DNA of 64,000 bases from an uncultured Frankineae bacterium (lineage in GTDB: Bacteria; Actinomycetota; Actinomycetes; Mycobacteriales; SCTD01): the NCBI GenBank assembly GCA_902805775.1, contig CADCUB010000001.1, forward strand, positions 30,234 to 94,233, read 5' to 3'. Each line of letters opens with the position of its first letter. Position 1 is the first letter of the stretch. A program made the position numbers and the translations under genes. The notes below the pieces were generated by a model. It worked only from the letters and a program-made list of their open reading frames with translations, ran no database searches and was not told the DNA's origin. This document shows, in pieces, positions 1-9,006 of the stretch.

Positions 1-1158
1 CGCCTGCTCGCTCAGCAGCCAGCGGACCTCGAGCAGGTCGCAGTAGGCCTGCACGGGATCGCCGATGCGTCCGACCGCCTCGTAGGCGCGCTCCATGCCG
101 GGCTTGAGGAGCTTGTCCATCCACAGCTGGACCGCCTTGGCCTGCGTGAGGCCGCCGCTGGTGCGCTTGTACAGCCCGCCCGTGAACTCGAGCAGCGTCG
201 CCTCGTAGGCCCGCAGGTCGCTCAGCAGCACCTGCGCCTGGCCCTCGCCGACCTCGAGCCCGGTCAGGCTGAACAGCTCGGTGGCGTGGTAGCGCCGGGC
301 GGCGACCGTGACCTTCAGGCGCAGGCGCTCGTTGCCGGCGCCCGTCGGCTCCAGCTCGACCTCGTCGACGGCGAACCCGAGGTCGTTGAGCTTGCGGATG
401 CGCCCCTCGATGTCGCGCCGGTCCGCGAAGGAGAACAGCGGCTGCTCGTGCAGGATCTCCCACAGGGCGGCGTAGCGGGGGGCGACCCCGGCGGCCTCCT
501 CCATGAGCTGCGGGTAGATCTCCGGCGGCCGGTCCAGCATCACCGCGAGGTCGAGCAGGCCTCCGGCGACGTTCTCGACCATGATCTCGAGGTCGTACCG
601 TCGCTGGCCGTCGGTGAGCTGGGGGTGGATCTCGCTGGTCTCCGCGTCGACCAGCCAGGCCTGCAGGCGCTGCCCGTCCCGGGAGAACAGGGTGTTGGCC
701 AGCGAGCAGTCCCCCCAGTAGACCCCGTTGCGGTGCAGGTCGACGAGCAGGCTGGCCATGGCGTCGAGCAGACGGGCGCGCTGCAGCGGACGGTTGGGAG
801 GCAGGCGCATGAGCAGCCGGCGGAACTGCCACGAGCCGTCGAGGTAGCGCGTGACGAGCAGCGCGTTGGAGGTGTCGTGCTGCAGTGCCAGCCCGGCGGC
901 CTTCACGGCGGGCAGCGAGCGCGACTCCAGCTCACGCAGCACGGCGTACTCGCGGGCGGCGACCCGCTCCGGCAGCTCCTTGATGGCCCAGAGCTGGTCG
1001 TCGGCCTGCACGAAGCGCACGAGGTGGCGACTGGGCCCCACGGGCAGCTCGCGCAGGTCGGCGGAGTCGGTGTCCCACAGCTCGAGGGGACGGTCCCACG
1101 GCAGGGCGAGCAGTCCGGGCGAGGGAACCCGCAGGCGCAGGTCCGTGGTCGCCGGCAT
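1..1158 (-). CDS. DUF4032 / Kdo-type kinase-like protein; N-terminal 386 codons, C-terminus lies left of the window
   Basis: Absent from the ORF track because it is open at the window edge. My translation from the ATG (complement of 1156-1158) reads MPATTDLRLRVPSPGLLALPWDRPLELWDTD...WAIKELPERVAAREYAVLRELE...DLHRNGVYWGDCSLANTLF... with no stop down to position 1. GC3 is high and a GGAG lies about 5 nt upstream. Family name recalled from the kinase-like motif. Confidence 0.7.
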   Translation of the reverse strand, partial: MPATTDLRLRVPSPGLLALPWDRPLELWDTDSADLRELPVGPSRHLVRFVQADDQLWAIKELPERVAAREYAVLRELESRSLPAVKAAGLALQHDTSNALLVTRYLDGSWQFRRLLMRLPPNRPLQRARLLDAMASLLVDLHRNGVYWGDCSLANTLFSRDGQRLQAWLVDAETSEIHPQLTDGQRRYDLEIMVENVAGGLLDLAVMLDRPPEIYPQLMEEAAGVAPRYAALWEILHEQPLFSFADRRDIEGRIRKLNDLGFAVDEVELEPTGAGNERLRLKVTVAARRYHATELFSLTGLEVGEGQAQVLLSDLRAYEATLLEFTGGLYKRTSGGLTQAKAVQLWMDKLLKPGMERAYEAVGRIGDPVQAYCDLLEVRWLLSEQA

Positions 1159-1324
1159 GAGCACTCCGCTCCGTCCAGGGGTGCGTGCCCCGCTCGAGTC
1201 GGACGCGTCCGAAGGCTACCCCGGCCGCGTCGACCGGCGCGTGTCGCCTCCGGCGACGCGCCGCCGCCGTGGGAGGGTCGGTCGCAGCGGTCGACGGGGC
1301 CGTGGGACGAGGAGGTGCTCGGCC

Positions 1325-2893
1325 GTGCCGACCGGCGGACAGGCGCTCGTCGCCGCGCTGCGCGCCCTCGACGTGGAGGTGGCCTTCGGCCTGCCCGGCG
1401 TGCACAACCTCGCGGCCTGGAAGGCGTTCCCCGGCAGCGGGGTGCGCCTCGTCGGTGTGCGTCACGAGCAGACGGCCGGCTACGCCGCCGACGGCTACGC
1501 GCGGGCCACCGGCCGCCTCGGCGTCGCTCTGACGACGACCGGGCCGGGAGCGGCGAACGTCGTCGCCGCCACCGGCGAGGCGTGGTCCTGCCACTCACCC
1601 GTGCTGGTCGTCGCCACGGACATCCCGACCTCGCTGCGGCGGCCCGGGCAGTACCGCGGGGTGCTGCACGAGACCACCGACCAGGCCTCGTTCTTCCGGC
1701 CCGTCACCAAGCAGGTCGTGCGTGTCACACAGGCGCACGAGCTGTTCGAGGCGGTCGTCCGGGCCGGCCGGGCGGCGCTCGCGATGCCGCGCCGACCGGT
1801 GTACGTCGAGATCCCCACGGACCTGCTGGCGGCGCCGGTGCCGGAGCCGACCGCCACGGTCGCCTTCGACGCACCGCCGGCCGTGCCGGAGCTGGGGCCG
1901 GCGCTCGCCCTGCTGTCGGCGGCCCGGCGTCCGCTGCTGTGGGTCGGCGGGGGAGCGACCGCCGCCGGGGCGGGACCGCTCGTGCAGGAGCTCGCCCGGC
2001 GGCTCGGCGCGCCCGTGCTGTCGTCCTACGGCGGTCGCGGTCTGCTCCCGCCGGAGTCCCCCCACCTGGTGAGCCTGCCGCCGCACGACCCCGCGGCGGG
2101 GGCGCTGTGGGACGCCGCCGACGTGGTGCTCGTGCTCGGCAGCGACCTCGACGCCATGAACACCCAGGGCTTCCGTCAGCCCCGGCCACCCCAGGTGGTC
2201 ACGGTCGACCTCGTCGAGCCGGTCAACCTGGTCCCCGACCTGTGGCTGGCGGGGGACGTCGCCCAGGTGTGCGCCGGACTGCTCGCCGGACTCACGGCGC
2301 AGGAGCGCACCCGCTGGGCGCGCACACCTGCGGCCCGCCCCGACGTGCCGGTCCTGGCGGCGCTCGAGCAGGCGCTGCCCGACGACGCGGTCCTCGTGGC
2401 CGACATGTGCGTCGCCGGCTACTGGTACGGCGGCTACGGCCGCGTGTCCCGGCCACGAGGGCTGGCCTACCCCGTCGGGTGGGGGACGCTGGGCTTCGGC
2501 TTCCCCGCCGCGCTCGGAACCGCGCTGTCGGGCCGGCCGACGGTCGCGCTCGTCGGCGACGGCGGCTTCCTGTTCGGCTGCGGCGACCTGGCCACCGCCG
2601 CGCAGGAGCGGCTGCCGGTCACGGTCGTGCTGGTCGACGACGGCGGGTACGGCATGCTGCGCTACGACTTCGTCCAGTCCGGTGAGCGCCCGGTCGGGAC
2701 CGAGCTGGAGCCGCCCGACTTCGTGGCGCTGGCCGGGGCCTTCCGGGTGCGCGCGCGCCAGGTCACCGTCGACGGGCTGGCCGACGCCGTGCGCGAGGGC
2801 ATCGCCAGCCGGGAGCCGAACCTCGTCGTGCTGCCCGCCGTGCTGGACCCGCCGCCCAACACCTCGCCGAACTGGTACCGCGCGCGGGGGTGA
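1325..2893 (+). CDS. thiamine-pyrophosphate-binding enzyme (acetolactate synthase / benzoylformate decarboxylase-like)
   Basis: In-frame part of ORF 851..2893. Motifs: GGQALVAALRALDVEVAFGLPGVHNL, GYAADGYARATGRLGVALTTTGPGAANV and the TPP-binding stretch LVGDGGFLFGCGDLATA...VVLVDDGGYGML. Start set at GTG 1325, with GGAGG at 1311-1315. The upstream part of the ORF is Arg/Gly junk. Confidence 0.85.
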   Translation: MPTGGQALVAALRALDVEVAFGLPGVHNLAAWKAFPGSGVRLVGVRHEQTAGYAADGYARATGRLGVALTTTGPGAANVVAATGEAWSCHSPVLVVATDIPTSLRRPGQYRGVLHETTDQASFFRPVTKQVVRVTQAHELFEAVVRAGRAALAMPRRPVYVEIPTDLLAAPVPEPTATVAFDAPPAVPELGPALALLSAARRPLLWVGGGATAAGAGPLVQELARRLGAPVLSSYGGRGLLPPESPHLVSLPPHDPAAGALWDAADVVLVLGSDLDAMNTQGFRQPRPPQVVTVDLVEPVNLVPDLWLAGDVAQVCAGLLAGLTAQERTRWARTPAARPDVPVLAALEQALPDDAVLVADMCVAGYWYGGYGRVSRPRGLAYPVGWGTLGFGFPAALGTALSGRPTVALVGDGGFLFGCGDLATAAQERLPVTVVLVDDGGYGMLRYDFVQSGERPVGTELEPPDFVALAGAFRVRARQVTVDGLADAVREGIASREPNLVVLPAVLDPPPNTSPNWYRARG

Positions 2894-2965
2894 CGCAGGG
2901 GGCCGCCGCAGTGTGTCGATCACCCGCGTGGGCAGTACCGGGGCATCCTCGCCTCGGGAGTCCTG

Positions 2966-3568
2966 GTGTCAGAGCTCATCGCACCCCTCGTCGTGCTCGT
3001 CCTGTTCCTGGTCGCCGGAGCCGTCCTGGGCGTGCGGGCCCTGCGACGCCGGCGAGCCGCGCGGGAGACGGGGCCCGCTCCCGCCGGAGCTCCGCGCCTG
3101 CGCAAGGTCCCCCGACCGCAGCCCGACCGCGGCCGGGACCTCGCGCGACGGCCCGAGCAGCTCGGGATCCGCCCCCTCACCGAGGACGAGCGCGCCCGCT
3201 TCCGCACCGCCTGGGAGGGCGTGCAGAGCCGGGTCGGCACGCAGCCGGCCCTGGCGCTGTCCGAGGCCGATGCGGTGCTCGACCGCATGCTGCGCGCCTG
3301 CGGCTACCCGCTGGAGGACCCGCGCTCGCCGTCCGACGTGGTGCCGGGCTGGCACGCGACCGTGCTGGCGAGCTTCCGGGCCGGCCACGACGTCGAGCAG
3401 GTGACCAGCACGACCCGGTACGACGCCGAGCAGGTCCGCTCGGCGATGCTGCACCTCGGCCGGGCGTTCAGCGCGGTCATCGGCGACGGCCAGCCCGGCT
3501 ATCCCGAGGCGCCCGTCGCGCTCGCCGGCGACCGCCGGGCCGCCCCGCGCAGCCAGCCGGGTCGCTGA
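2966..3568 (+). CDS. hypothetical membrane-anchored protein (one N-terminal TM helix)
   Basis: 200-aa ORF with GTG start and high GC3. The N-terminal hydrophobic helix LIAPLVVLVLFLVAGAVLGV is followed by a basic stretch. The remainder is non-repetitive (LTEDERARFRTAWEGVQSRV...). No family recognised. Confidence 0.6.
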   Translation: MSELIAPLVVLVLFLVAGAVLGVRALRRRRAARETGPAPAGAPRLRKVPRPQPDRGRDLARRPEQLGIRPLTEDERARFRTAWEGVQSRVGTQPALALSEADAVLDRMLRACGYPLEDPRSPSDVVPGWHATVLASFRAGHDVEQVTSTTRYDAEQVRSAMLHLGRAFSAVIGDGQPGYPEAPVALAGDRRAAPRSQPGR

Positions 3569-3572
3569 GGTC

Positions 3573-4169
3573 CTAGACCGGCCGCAGCGGCTGCCACGCC
3601 CCTGCCGGCAGCGCCACGCCGACGCGGTCGCCGGGCCGTACGGCGCCGCCGGCGACGACCACCGCCATCACTCCGGCCAGCCGCGCCAGCGTGCCGTCCG
3701 GCTCCTCGCGCAGCACGGCGCGCATCAGCCCGTCGGCGAAGCGGTCGAGCTGGACGCAGGGGTTCCGCAGCCCGGTCAGCTCCACGACGGCTGTCGCCCC
3801 CAGGCCCAGCCGCGCACCGGTGGGCAGCGTGAGCAGGTCGACCCCGCGGGTCAGGACGTTCTCGCCGACCCCGCCCGGGGCGACGTCGAACCCGCGGCCG
3901 CGCAGCTCGTCGAGCAGCTCGTCGTGCAGCAGGTGCACCTGGCGGAGGTTCGGCAGGTGCGGCCGCCACCGCTTGCGCGAGCGGTGCTGCACGGTCGGTC
4001 CGGCGTGCGCGTCCCCCTCGACGCCGGACCCCTCGACCAGGACGACCTCGTCGACCGGCTCCTTCGAGAACCGGTGCCGGGGACTGCGACTGACCGCGAC
4101 GACGACCCCGCCCGGCGTCTCCCGGTCAGGCAGTCGTGACACGGCCGGCTCGCTCACCGGGCGTGCCAC
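3573..4169 (-). CDS. MOSC domain-containing protein
   Basis: 198 aa. Pattern VEGDAHAG...RQVHLLHDELLDEL...GENVLTRGVDLLTLPTGARLGLG...VELTGLRNPCVQLD, including the conserved Cys, is typical of MOSC/YiiM-like proteins. Confidence 0.85.
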   Translation of the reverse strand: MARPVSEPAVSRLPDRETPGGVVVAVSRSPRHRFSKEPVDEVVLVEGSGVEGDAHAGPTVQHRSRKRWRPHLPNLRQVHLLHDELLDELRGRGFDVAPGGVGENVLTRGVDLLTLPTGARLGLGATAVVELTGLRNPCVQLDRFADGLMRAVLREEPDGTLARLAGVMAVVVAGGAVRPGDRVGVALPAGAWQPLRPV

Positions 4170-4200
4170 GAATGCGGTGATCGGCGGCTGAGGGGGCGGG

Positions 4201-5742
4201 TCAGAGGCGGAAGTCGGCGTCGTACGGGGCGCTCTCGACGTCCATCTGCGCCTTCTGCAGCTTGCCGGCGTAGTCCCAGTTCATCGACTGCCAGCGGGTG
4301 AACTGGTCGAGCACCCAGACGCCCGACTGGCGCGAGCCGTTGCCGCTCTTGCCGTTGCCGCCGAAGGGCAGGTGGGCCTCCGCGCCCGAGGTCGAGTTGT
4401 TGACCGAGAGCATCCCGGCCGACACCCGCTCCCGGAACCGGAACGCCGCCTGCGCGTCGCGCGTGTAGATGGCGGCGGACAGGCCGTAGCCGTGGCCGTT
4501 CGCCAGGGAGACCGCCTCGTCGAAGGTCGAGAAGCGCATGACCGAGACCAGCGGCCCGAACGTCTCGTTGCGGTAGAGCGCGTCGTCGGGGCGTACGCCG
4601 GACACGACCGTCGGGTGGGCGAAGACGCCCTGCGCCGGGTCACCGACGAAGCCCGCGCGCGGGTTGTCGGCCGTGATGCGGCCGGAGGCGCCGTGCAGCA
4701 CGTGGTGGGGCTGCACCTCGCCGAGCCACTTCTCGAAGCCGTCGAGGAAGCGCTCGCCGAGCATCGGGCCGTACAGCACCGACGGGTCGGTGGGGTCGCC
4801 CACGACGGCGCCGTCGACCCGGGCGAGGAACTTCTCCAGGAAGGCGTCGTGGACGTCGTCGTGCACGATCGCGACGCCCAGCGACGTGCAGCGCTGCCCG
4901 GCGGTGCCGAAGCCGCTGAACAGCGCGCCCTCGGCCGCCAGGTCGAGGTCGGCGTCGGGCATCACGACGAGCGGGTTCTTGCCGCCGAGCTCGAGGCAGG
5001 CGCTCTGCAGGTGACGGCCGGCGAGCTCGCCGATGCGCGCGCCGACCTCGGACGAGCCGGTGAAGCCGATCTTGTTGACGAGCCCCTGCTCGAGGGCGAG
5101 CTGCAGCCCGTCGAACGTCGCCGGGCCGTCGGCGTGGACGGTGTTCAGGACACCGGGCGGCAGGCCGCCGGCCAGGAAGATGCGCGTGAGCGCGTCGCCG
5201 AGGGCGGCTGCGTAGTCGGCGGGCTTCCACACGACGGCGTTGCCGCACAGCAGCGCCGGCACGAGGTACCAGGACGGGACGGCGACGGGGAAGTTGCCGG
5301 CCGTGACGATCCCGGCGACGCCGACGGGCATGCGGAAGGTGAACAGCTGCTTGTCGCGCATCTCGCTCGGGACGGTCTGGCCGTAGAGCCGCCGCCCCTC
5401 GCCGAGGAAGAAGTCACAGGTGTCGACGATCTCCTGCACCTCGCCGCGGGCCTCGGCGATGGGCTTGCCGACCTCACGGGTGACCAGCTGCGCCAGCGCC
5501 TCGAAGTTGGCCTCGACCAACCGGCCGATCTTGGCGATGACCTGACCGCGGACGGGCGCGGGCGTGGCCCCCCAGGCGGGCTGCGCGGCCTTCGCGGCCC
5601 GGAACGCCTCGACGAGCTGCTCCGGCGTCGCGAGCGACACCTCGGCCACGACGTCGGACAGGTGAGCGGGGTTCGTGCTGGCGAACGTGCCGGCGGCGCC
5701 GACCACGGGACGGCCGGCGACGGAGGAGTCGATGCGGGTCAT
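4201..5742 (-). CDS. NAD(P)-dependent aldehyde dehydrogenase, probable piperideine-6-carboxylate (aminoadipate semialdehyde) dehydrogenase
   Basis: 513 aa with ALDH signatures FTGSSEVG, ELGGKNP and GQRCTS. Its start overlaps the stop of the lat gene in an ATGA (5739-5742). The pathway role is inferred from that coupling. Confidence 0.9.
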   Translation of the reverse strand: MTRIDSSVAGRPVVGAAGTFASTNPAHLSDVVAEVSLATPEQLVEAFRAAKAAQPAWGATPAPVRGQVIAKIGRLVEANFEALAQLVTREVGKPIAEARGEVQEIVDTCDFFLGEGRRLYGQTVPSEMRDKQLFTFRMPVGVAGIVTAGNFPVAVPSWYLVPALLCGNAVVWKPADYAAALGDALTRIFLAGGLPPGVLNTVHADGPATFDGLQLALEQGLVNKIGFTGSSEVGARIGELAGRHLQSACLELGGKNPLVVMPDADLDLAAEGALFSGFGTAGQRCTSLGVAIVHDDVHDAFLEKFLARVDGAVVGDPTDPSVLYGPMLGERFLDGFEKWLGEVQPHHVLHGASGRITADNPRAGFVGDPAQGVFAHPTVVSGVRPDDALYRNETFGPLVSVMRFSTFDEAVSLANGHGYGLSAAIYTRDAQAAFRFRERVSAGMLSVNNSTSGAEAHLPFGGNGKSGNGSRQSGVWVLDQFTRWQSMNWDYAGKLQKAQMDVESAPYDADFRL

Positions 5743-7094
5743 GCGGAGTCACCGTTCGCGTGGGAGGAGGTCAGGCGGGTCAGGACGCGGTCGAGCGCGG
5801 CGACGCCGGCCGACAGGTCCTCGACGGAGACGGTCAGGGCGGGGCGGAAGCGGACGCTGCGGGTGCCGCAGCCGAGCAGGAGCACCCTCTCATCGTCGCG
5901 CAGGGCGGCGAGGACGGCGTCGCGCAGGCCCTGGTCGGGCAACGAGAAGGCGCACATCAGGCCGCGGCCGCGCACGTCGGTGACCTCGGGGTGGCGGTCG
6001 GCCAGCCCGCGCAGCAGGTCGAGCAGCACCGGCTCGAGCGCGGCGGCCCGGGCGACGAGACCCTCGGCCTCGACCACCTCGAGGATCCGACGCGCGCGGA
6101 CCATGTCGGTCAGCGAACCGCCCCAGGTGGAGTTGATGCGCGAGCCGACCGCGAAGACGTTGTCGGGCACCTCGTCGACCCGCCCGCCGGCCATGACGCC
6201 GCACACCTGGGTCTTCTTGCCGAACGCCACCACGTCGGGCCGCACACCCAGCTGCTGGTAGGCCCAGGCGGTGCCGGTCAGGCCGCAGCCGGTCTGGACC
6301 TCGTCGAGGACGAACAGCGCGTCGTTCTCGACGCACAGCGCCTGCATCGCCTGCAGGAACTCGGGCCGGAAGTGGTGGTCGCCGCCCTCGCCCTGGATCG
6401 GCTCCATGAGGAAGCAGGCGATGTCGTGGGGGTGCTGCGCGAAGGCGGCGCGTGCGGCCGCCAGTGCCTCCCGCTCGCGCTGCGCGACGTCGCCCTTGCC
6501 GGTGAGGTACGGCGACGGGATGCGCGGCCAGGCGAACTTGGGGAAGCGCGCGGTCTTGACCGGGTCGGTGTTGGTGAGCGACATCGTGTAGCCGCTGCGG
6601 CCGTGGAAGGCGTCGCGCAGGTGCAGGACCTTCGTGCCGAGGGCCGGGTCGATGCCGTGCGCCTCGTTCCAGCGCGACTTCCAGTCGAAGGCGACCTTCA
6701 GCGCGTTCTCCACCGCCAGCGCGCCACCCTCCACGAAGAACAGGTGGGGGAGCGCGGGGTCGCCCAGGACCCGCGCGAAGGTGTCGACGAAGCGCGCCAT
6801 CGCGCCCGAGTAGACGTCGCTGTTGCTCGGCTTGTTGAGCGCCGCCGTGAGCAGCTCCTCGCGGAACACCGGGTCGGCGACCAGCGCCGGGTGGTTCATG
6901 CCCAGGGCGCTGCTGGCGAAGAAGGTGAACAGGTCGAGGTAGGCCGAGCCGTCCCGGGCGTCGACCAGCCGCGAGCCGGCGCTGGCCTCGAGGTCGAGCA
7001 CCATGTCGAAGCCGTCGACGAGCAGGTGGCGACGCAGGACGTCGTGCACCTGGGACGGCGGCACGACGGCCGGAGGCAGGGCGATGGTGGTCAT
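5739..7094 (-). CDS. lat: L-lysine 6-transaminase
   Basis: 451 aa, class-III aminotransferase. The N-terminus VHDVLRRHLLVDGFDMVLDLEASAGSRLVDARDG..YLDLFTFFASSALGMNHP, together with FVEGGALAVENALK and VAFGKKTQVCG (PLP lysine), is characteristic of actinobacterial Lat. Confidence 0.88.
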   Translation of the reverse strand: MTTIALPPAVVPPSQVHDVLRRHLLVDGFDMVLDLEASAGSRLVDARDGSAYLDLFTFFASSALGMNHPALVADPVFREELLTAALNKPSNSDVYSGAMARFVDTFARVLGDPALPHLFFVEGGALAVENALKVAFDWKSRWNEAHGIDPALGTKVLHLRDAFHGRSGYTMSLTNTDPVKTARFPKFAWPRIPSPYLTGKGDVAQREREALAAARAAFAQHPHDIACFLMEPIQGEGGDHHFRPEFLQAMQALCVENDALFVLDEVQTGCGLTGTAWAYQQLGVRPDVVAFGKKTQVCGVMAGGRVDEVPDNVFAVGSRINSTWGGSLTDMVRARRILEVVEAEGLVARAAALEPVLLDLLRGLADRHPEVTDVRGRGLMCAFSLPDQGLRDAVLAALRDDERVLLLGCGTRSVRFRPALTVSVEDLSAGVAALDRVLTRLTSSHANGDSA

Positions 7095-7172
7095 GACCGC
7101 AACGGTAGAGGGACGTCGTCCGGTTGGGAAGCGCCTTCACGGGCGATCCTCCACCGGCCTAGGCTCGCGACC

Positions 7173-8750
7173 GTGACGACGACGCTGTACCGGCGCGGCC
7201 GTGTGCGCTCGCCCGCGGACCCCTTCGCCACCGCGCTGCTCGTCGACGGCGCCGCCGTGGCCTGGGTCGGCAGCGAGGGCGCCGCCGACGCCCTGCCGGC
7301 GGACGCGACGGTGGACCTGGACGGCGCCTGGCTCGCCCCGGCCTTCGTCGACGCCCACGTCCACGCCACCTCCACCGGCCTGGCGCTGACCGGACTGGAC
7401 CTCACCGGCGTCCCGTCGCTGGCCGTGGCGCTGGACCGTGTCGAGCGCGCGGCGCGGGCGGTCCGCGGCGCGGTGCTGCTGGGCACCGGCTGGGACGACA
7501 CCGCCTGGCCCGAGCGCCGCCCGCCGACGGCGGCCGAGCTCGACCGCGCGTCGTACGGCGGCGTCGTCTACCTCGCCCGCACCGACGTGCACAGCGCGGT
7601 GGCCTCGAGCGCGCTGCTGGCCGCGGCGCCGGAGGCCCGCCGGGCGCAGGGCTTCGTCGGCGACGGCCTGGTCCGCTCGCAGGCGCACCACCTCGTGCGG
7701 CGGGCGGCGTACGCCGCAGTCAGCCCGGCCCAGCGCCGGGCGGCGCAGCGCGCCACCCTGGACCGGGCCGCCGCCCTGGGGATCGCCTGCGTGCACGAGT
7801 GCGGCGGCCCCGAGATCGGCGGGGAGGACGACTTCTCGGCGGTGCTCGCGCTGGAGCACGGTGTGCAGGTCGTCGGCTACTGGGGCGAGCTCGACGGCGT
7901 CGAGCGCGCCCGCGAGCTCGGCGCCGTCGGGGCCGGCGGCGACCTGTTCGCCGACGGCGCCCTGGGCAGCCACACCGCCTGCCTGTCCGAGCCGTACCTC
8001 GACGAGCCGACCCGGGGACAGGCCTACCTGTCGAGCGAGCAGGTCGCCCGCCACGTCGCCGCCTGCACCCGGGCCGGTCTGCAGGCCGGCTTCCACGCCA
8101 TCGGGGATGCGGCCCTGACCGCCGTGGTCGACGGGATCGCGCAGGCCGCCGGGCAGGTCGGCACGGCCGCGGTGCGCGCCGCCCGGCACCGGGTCGAGCA
8201 CGCCGAGATGCTGACGCCCCGGCACGTCGCCGCCCTGGCCGAGCACGGCGTCGTCGCCAGCGTCCAGCCGGCCTTCGACGCGCGCTGGGGCGGCGAGTCG
8301 GGGATGTACGTGCAGCGGCTCGGCGCCGAGCGGGCCCGCGCGATGAACCCGTACGCCGCCCTGGCCTCGGCCGGCGTCCCCCTCGCCCTCGGCTCCGACG
8401 CGCCCGTGACCCCGCTGGACCCGTGGGGGACGGTGCGGGCAGCCGTCGACCACCGCACCCCGGGCAGCGGCCTGTCCGCGCGCGCGGCGTTCTCCGCGCA
8501 CACCCGCGGGGGCTGGCGGGCCGCCCGGGTGGAGGGTGCGGGCGAGCTGGCGCCCGGTGCACCGGCCACCTTCGCGGTCTGGGACCTGCCGGGGGAGCTG
8601 GTGGTGCAGACGCCGGACGCGCGCGTCTCGGCCTGGTCGACCGATCCCCGGTCGGGTGTGGCGGGACTGCCGGACCTGGCCGCCCCCGACCCCGCGTGCA
8701 CGCTCACGGTGGTGCAGGGCGAGCCGGTGTGGTCCCGCGGGCCGGGCTGA
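7173..8750 (+). CDS. amidohydrolase family protein (YtcJ-like metal-dependent hydrolase)
   Basis: In-frame 3-prime part of ORF 5760..8750; the 5-prime part is antisense to lat. GTG 7173 gives VTTTLYRRGRV.... Motifs: APAFVDAHVHA, GFHAIGDAA, VEHAEM and ALGSDAPV. Confidence 0.85.
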   Translation: MTTTLYRRGRVRSPADPFATALLVDGAAVAWVGSEGAADALPADATVDLDGAWLAPAFVDAHVHATSTGLALTGLDLTGVPSLAVALDRVERAARAVRGAVLLGTGWDDTAWPERRPPTAAELDRASYGGVVYLARTDVHSAVASSALLAAAPEARRAQGFVGDGLVRSQAHHLVRRAAYAAVSPAQRRAAQRATLDRAAALGIACVHECGGPEIGGEDDFSAVLALEHGVQVVGYWGELDGVERARELGAVGAGGDLFADGALGSHTACLSEPYLDEPTRGQAYLSSEQVARHVAACTRAGLQAGFHAIGDAALTAVVDGIAQAAGQVGTAAVRAARHRVEHAEMLTPRHVAALAEHGVVASVQPAFDARWGGESGMYVQRLGAERARAMNPYAALASAGVPLALGSDAPVTPLDPWGTVRAAVDHRTPGSGLSARAAFSAHTRGGWRAARVEGAGELAPGAPATFAVWDLPGELVVQTPDARVSAWSTDPRSGVAGLPDLAAPDPACTLTVVQGEPVWSRGPG

Positions 8751-8818
8751 CGCCGGGCAGGCCGGCCGGCGGTCGGGGCGGCCGGAGGAGCCTGCCATCT
8801 CGCTGTCCGGGACGGCTG

Positions 8819-8849
8819 TTGACACGCAGGGCGGGTGGCCCCGTACGCT
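8819..8849 (+). promoter_or_regulatory. candidate housekeeping-type promoter upstream of lnt-ppm1
   Basis: TTGACA at 8819-8824 and TACGCT at 8844-8849. The 19-nt spacer is longer than optimal. It sits in the intergenic region about 160 nt upstream of the proposed lnt start. Confidence 0.3.
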
Positions 8850-9006
8850 CCGTCACGGTCCACCCGCGTACAGGCGCCTGGCGCTCCCTAGACAACAGCG
8901 GGCAGGCGGCTCCCAGCCGCTCGCCCGCTGGACCGAAGGGCGCCGGGCGCCTGTCGCGGTGGCCGACGCACCGCGGCGCGCCGCCCGGTCGGGCAGACTG
9001 GAGCCG

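Noticed and set aside
286-2685. 799-aa ORF on the plus strand
   Set aside because: The sequence is Arg/Ala/Gly/Pro-rich low-complexity. It is antisense to the DUF4032-like gene and out of frame with the TPP enzyme, a typical high-GC artefact.
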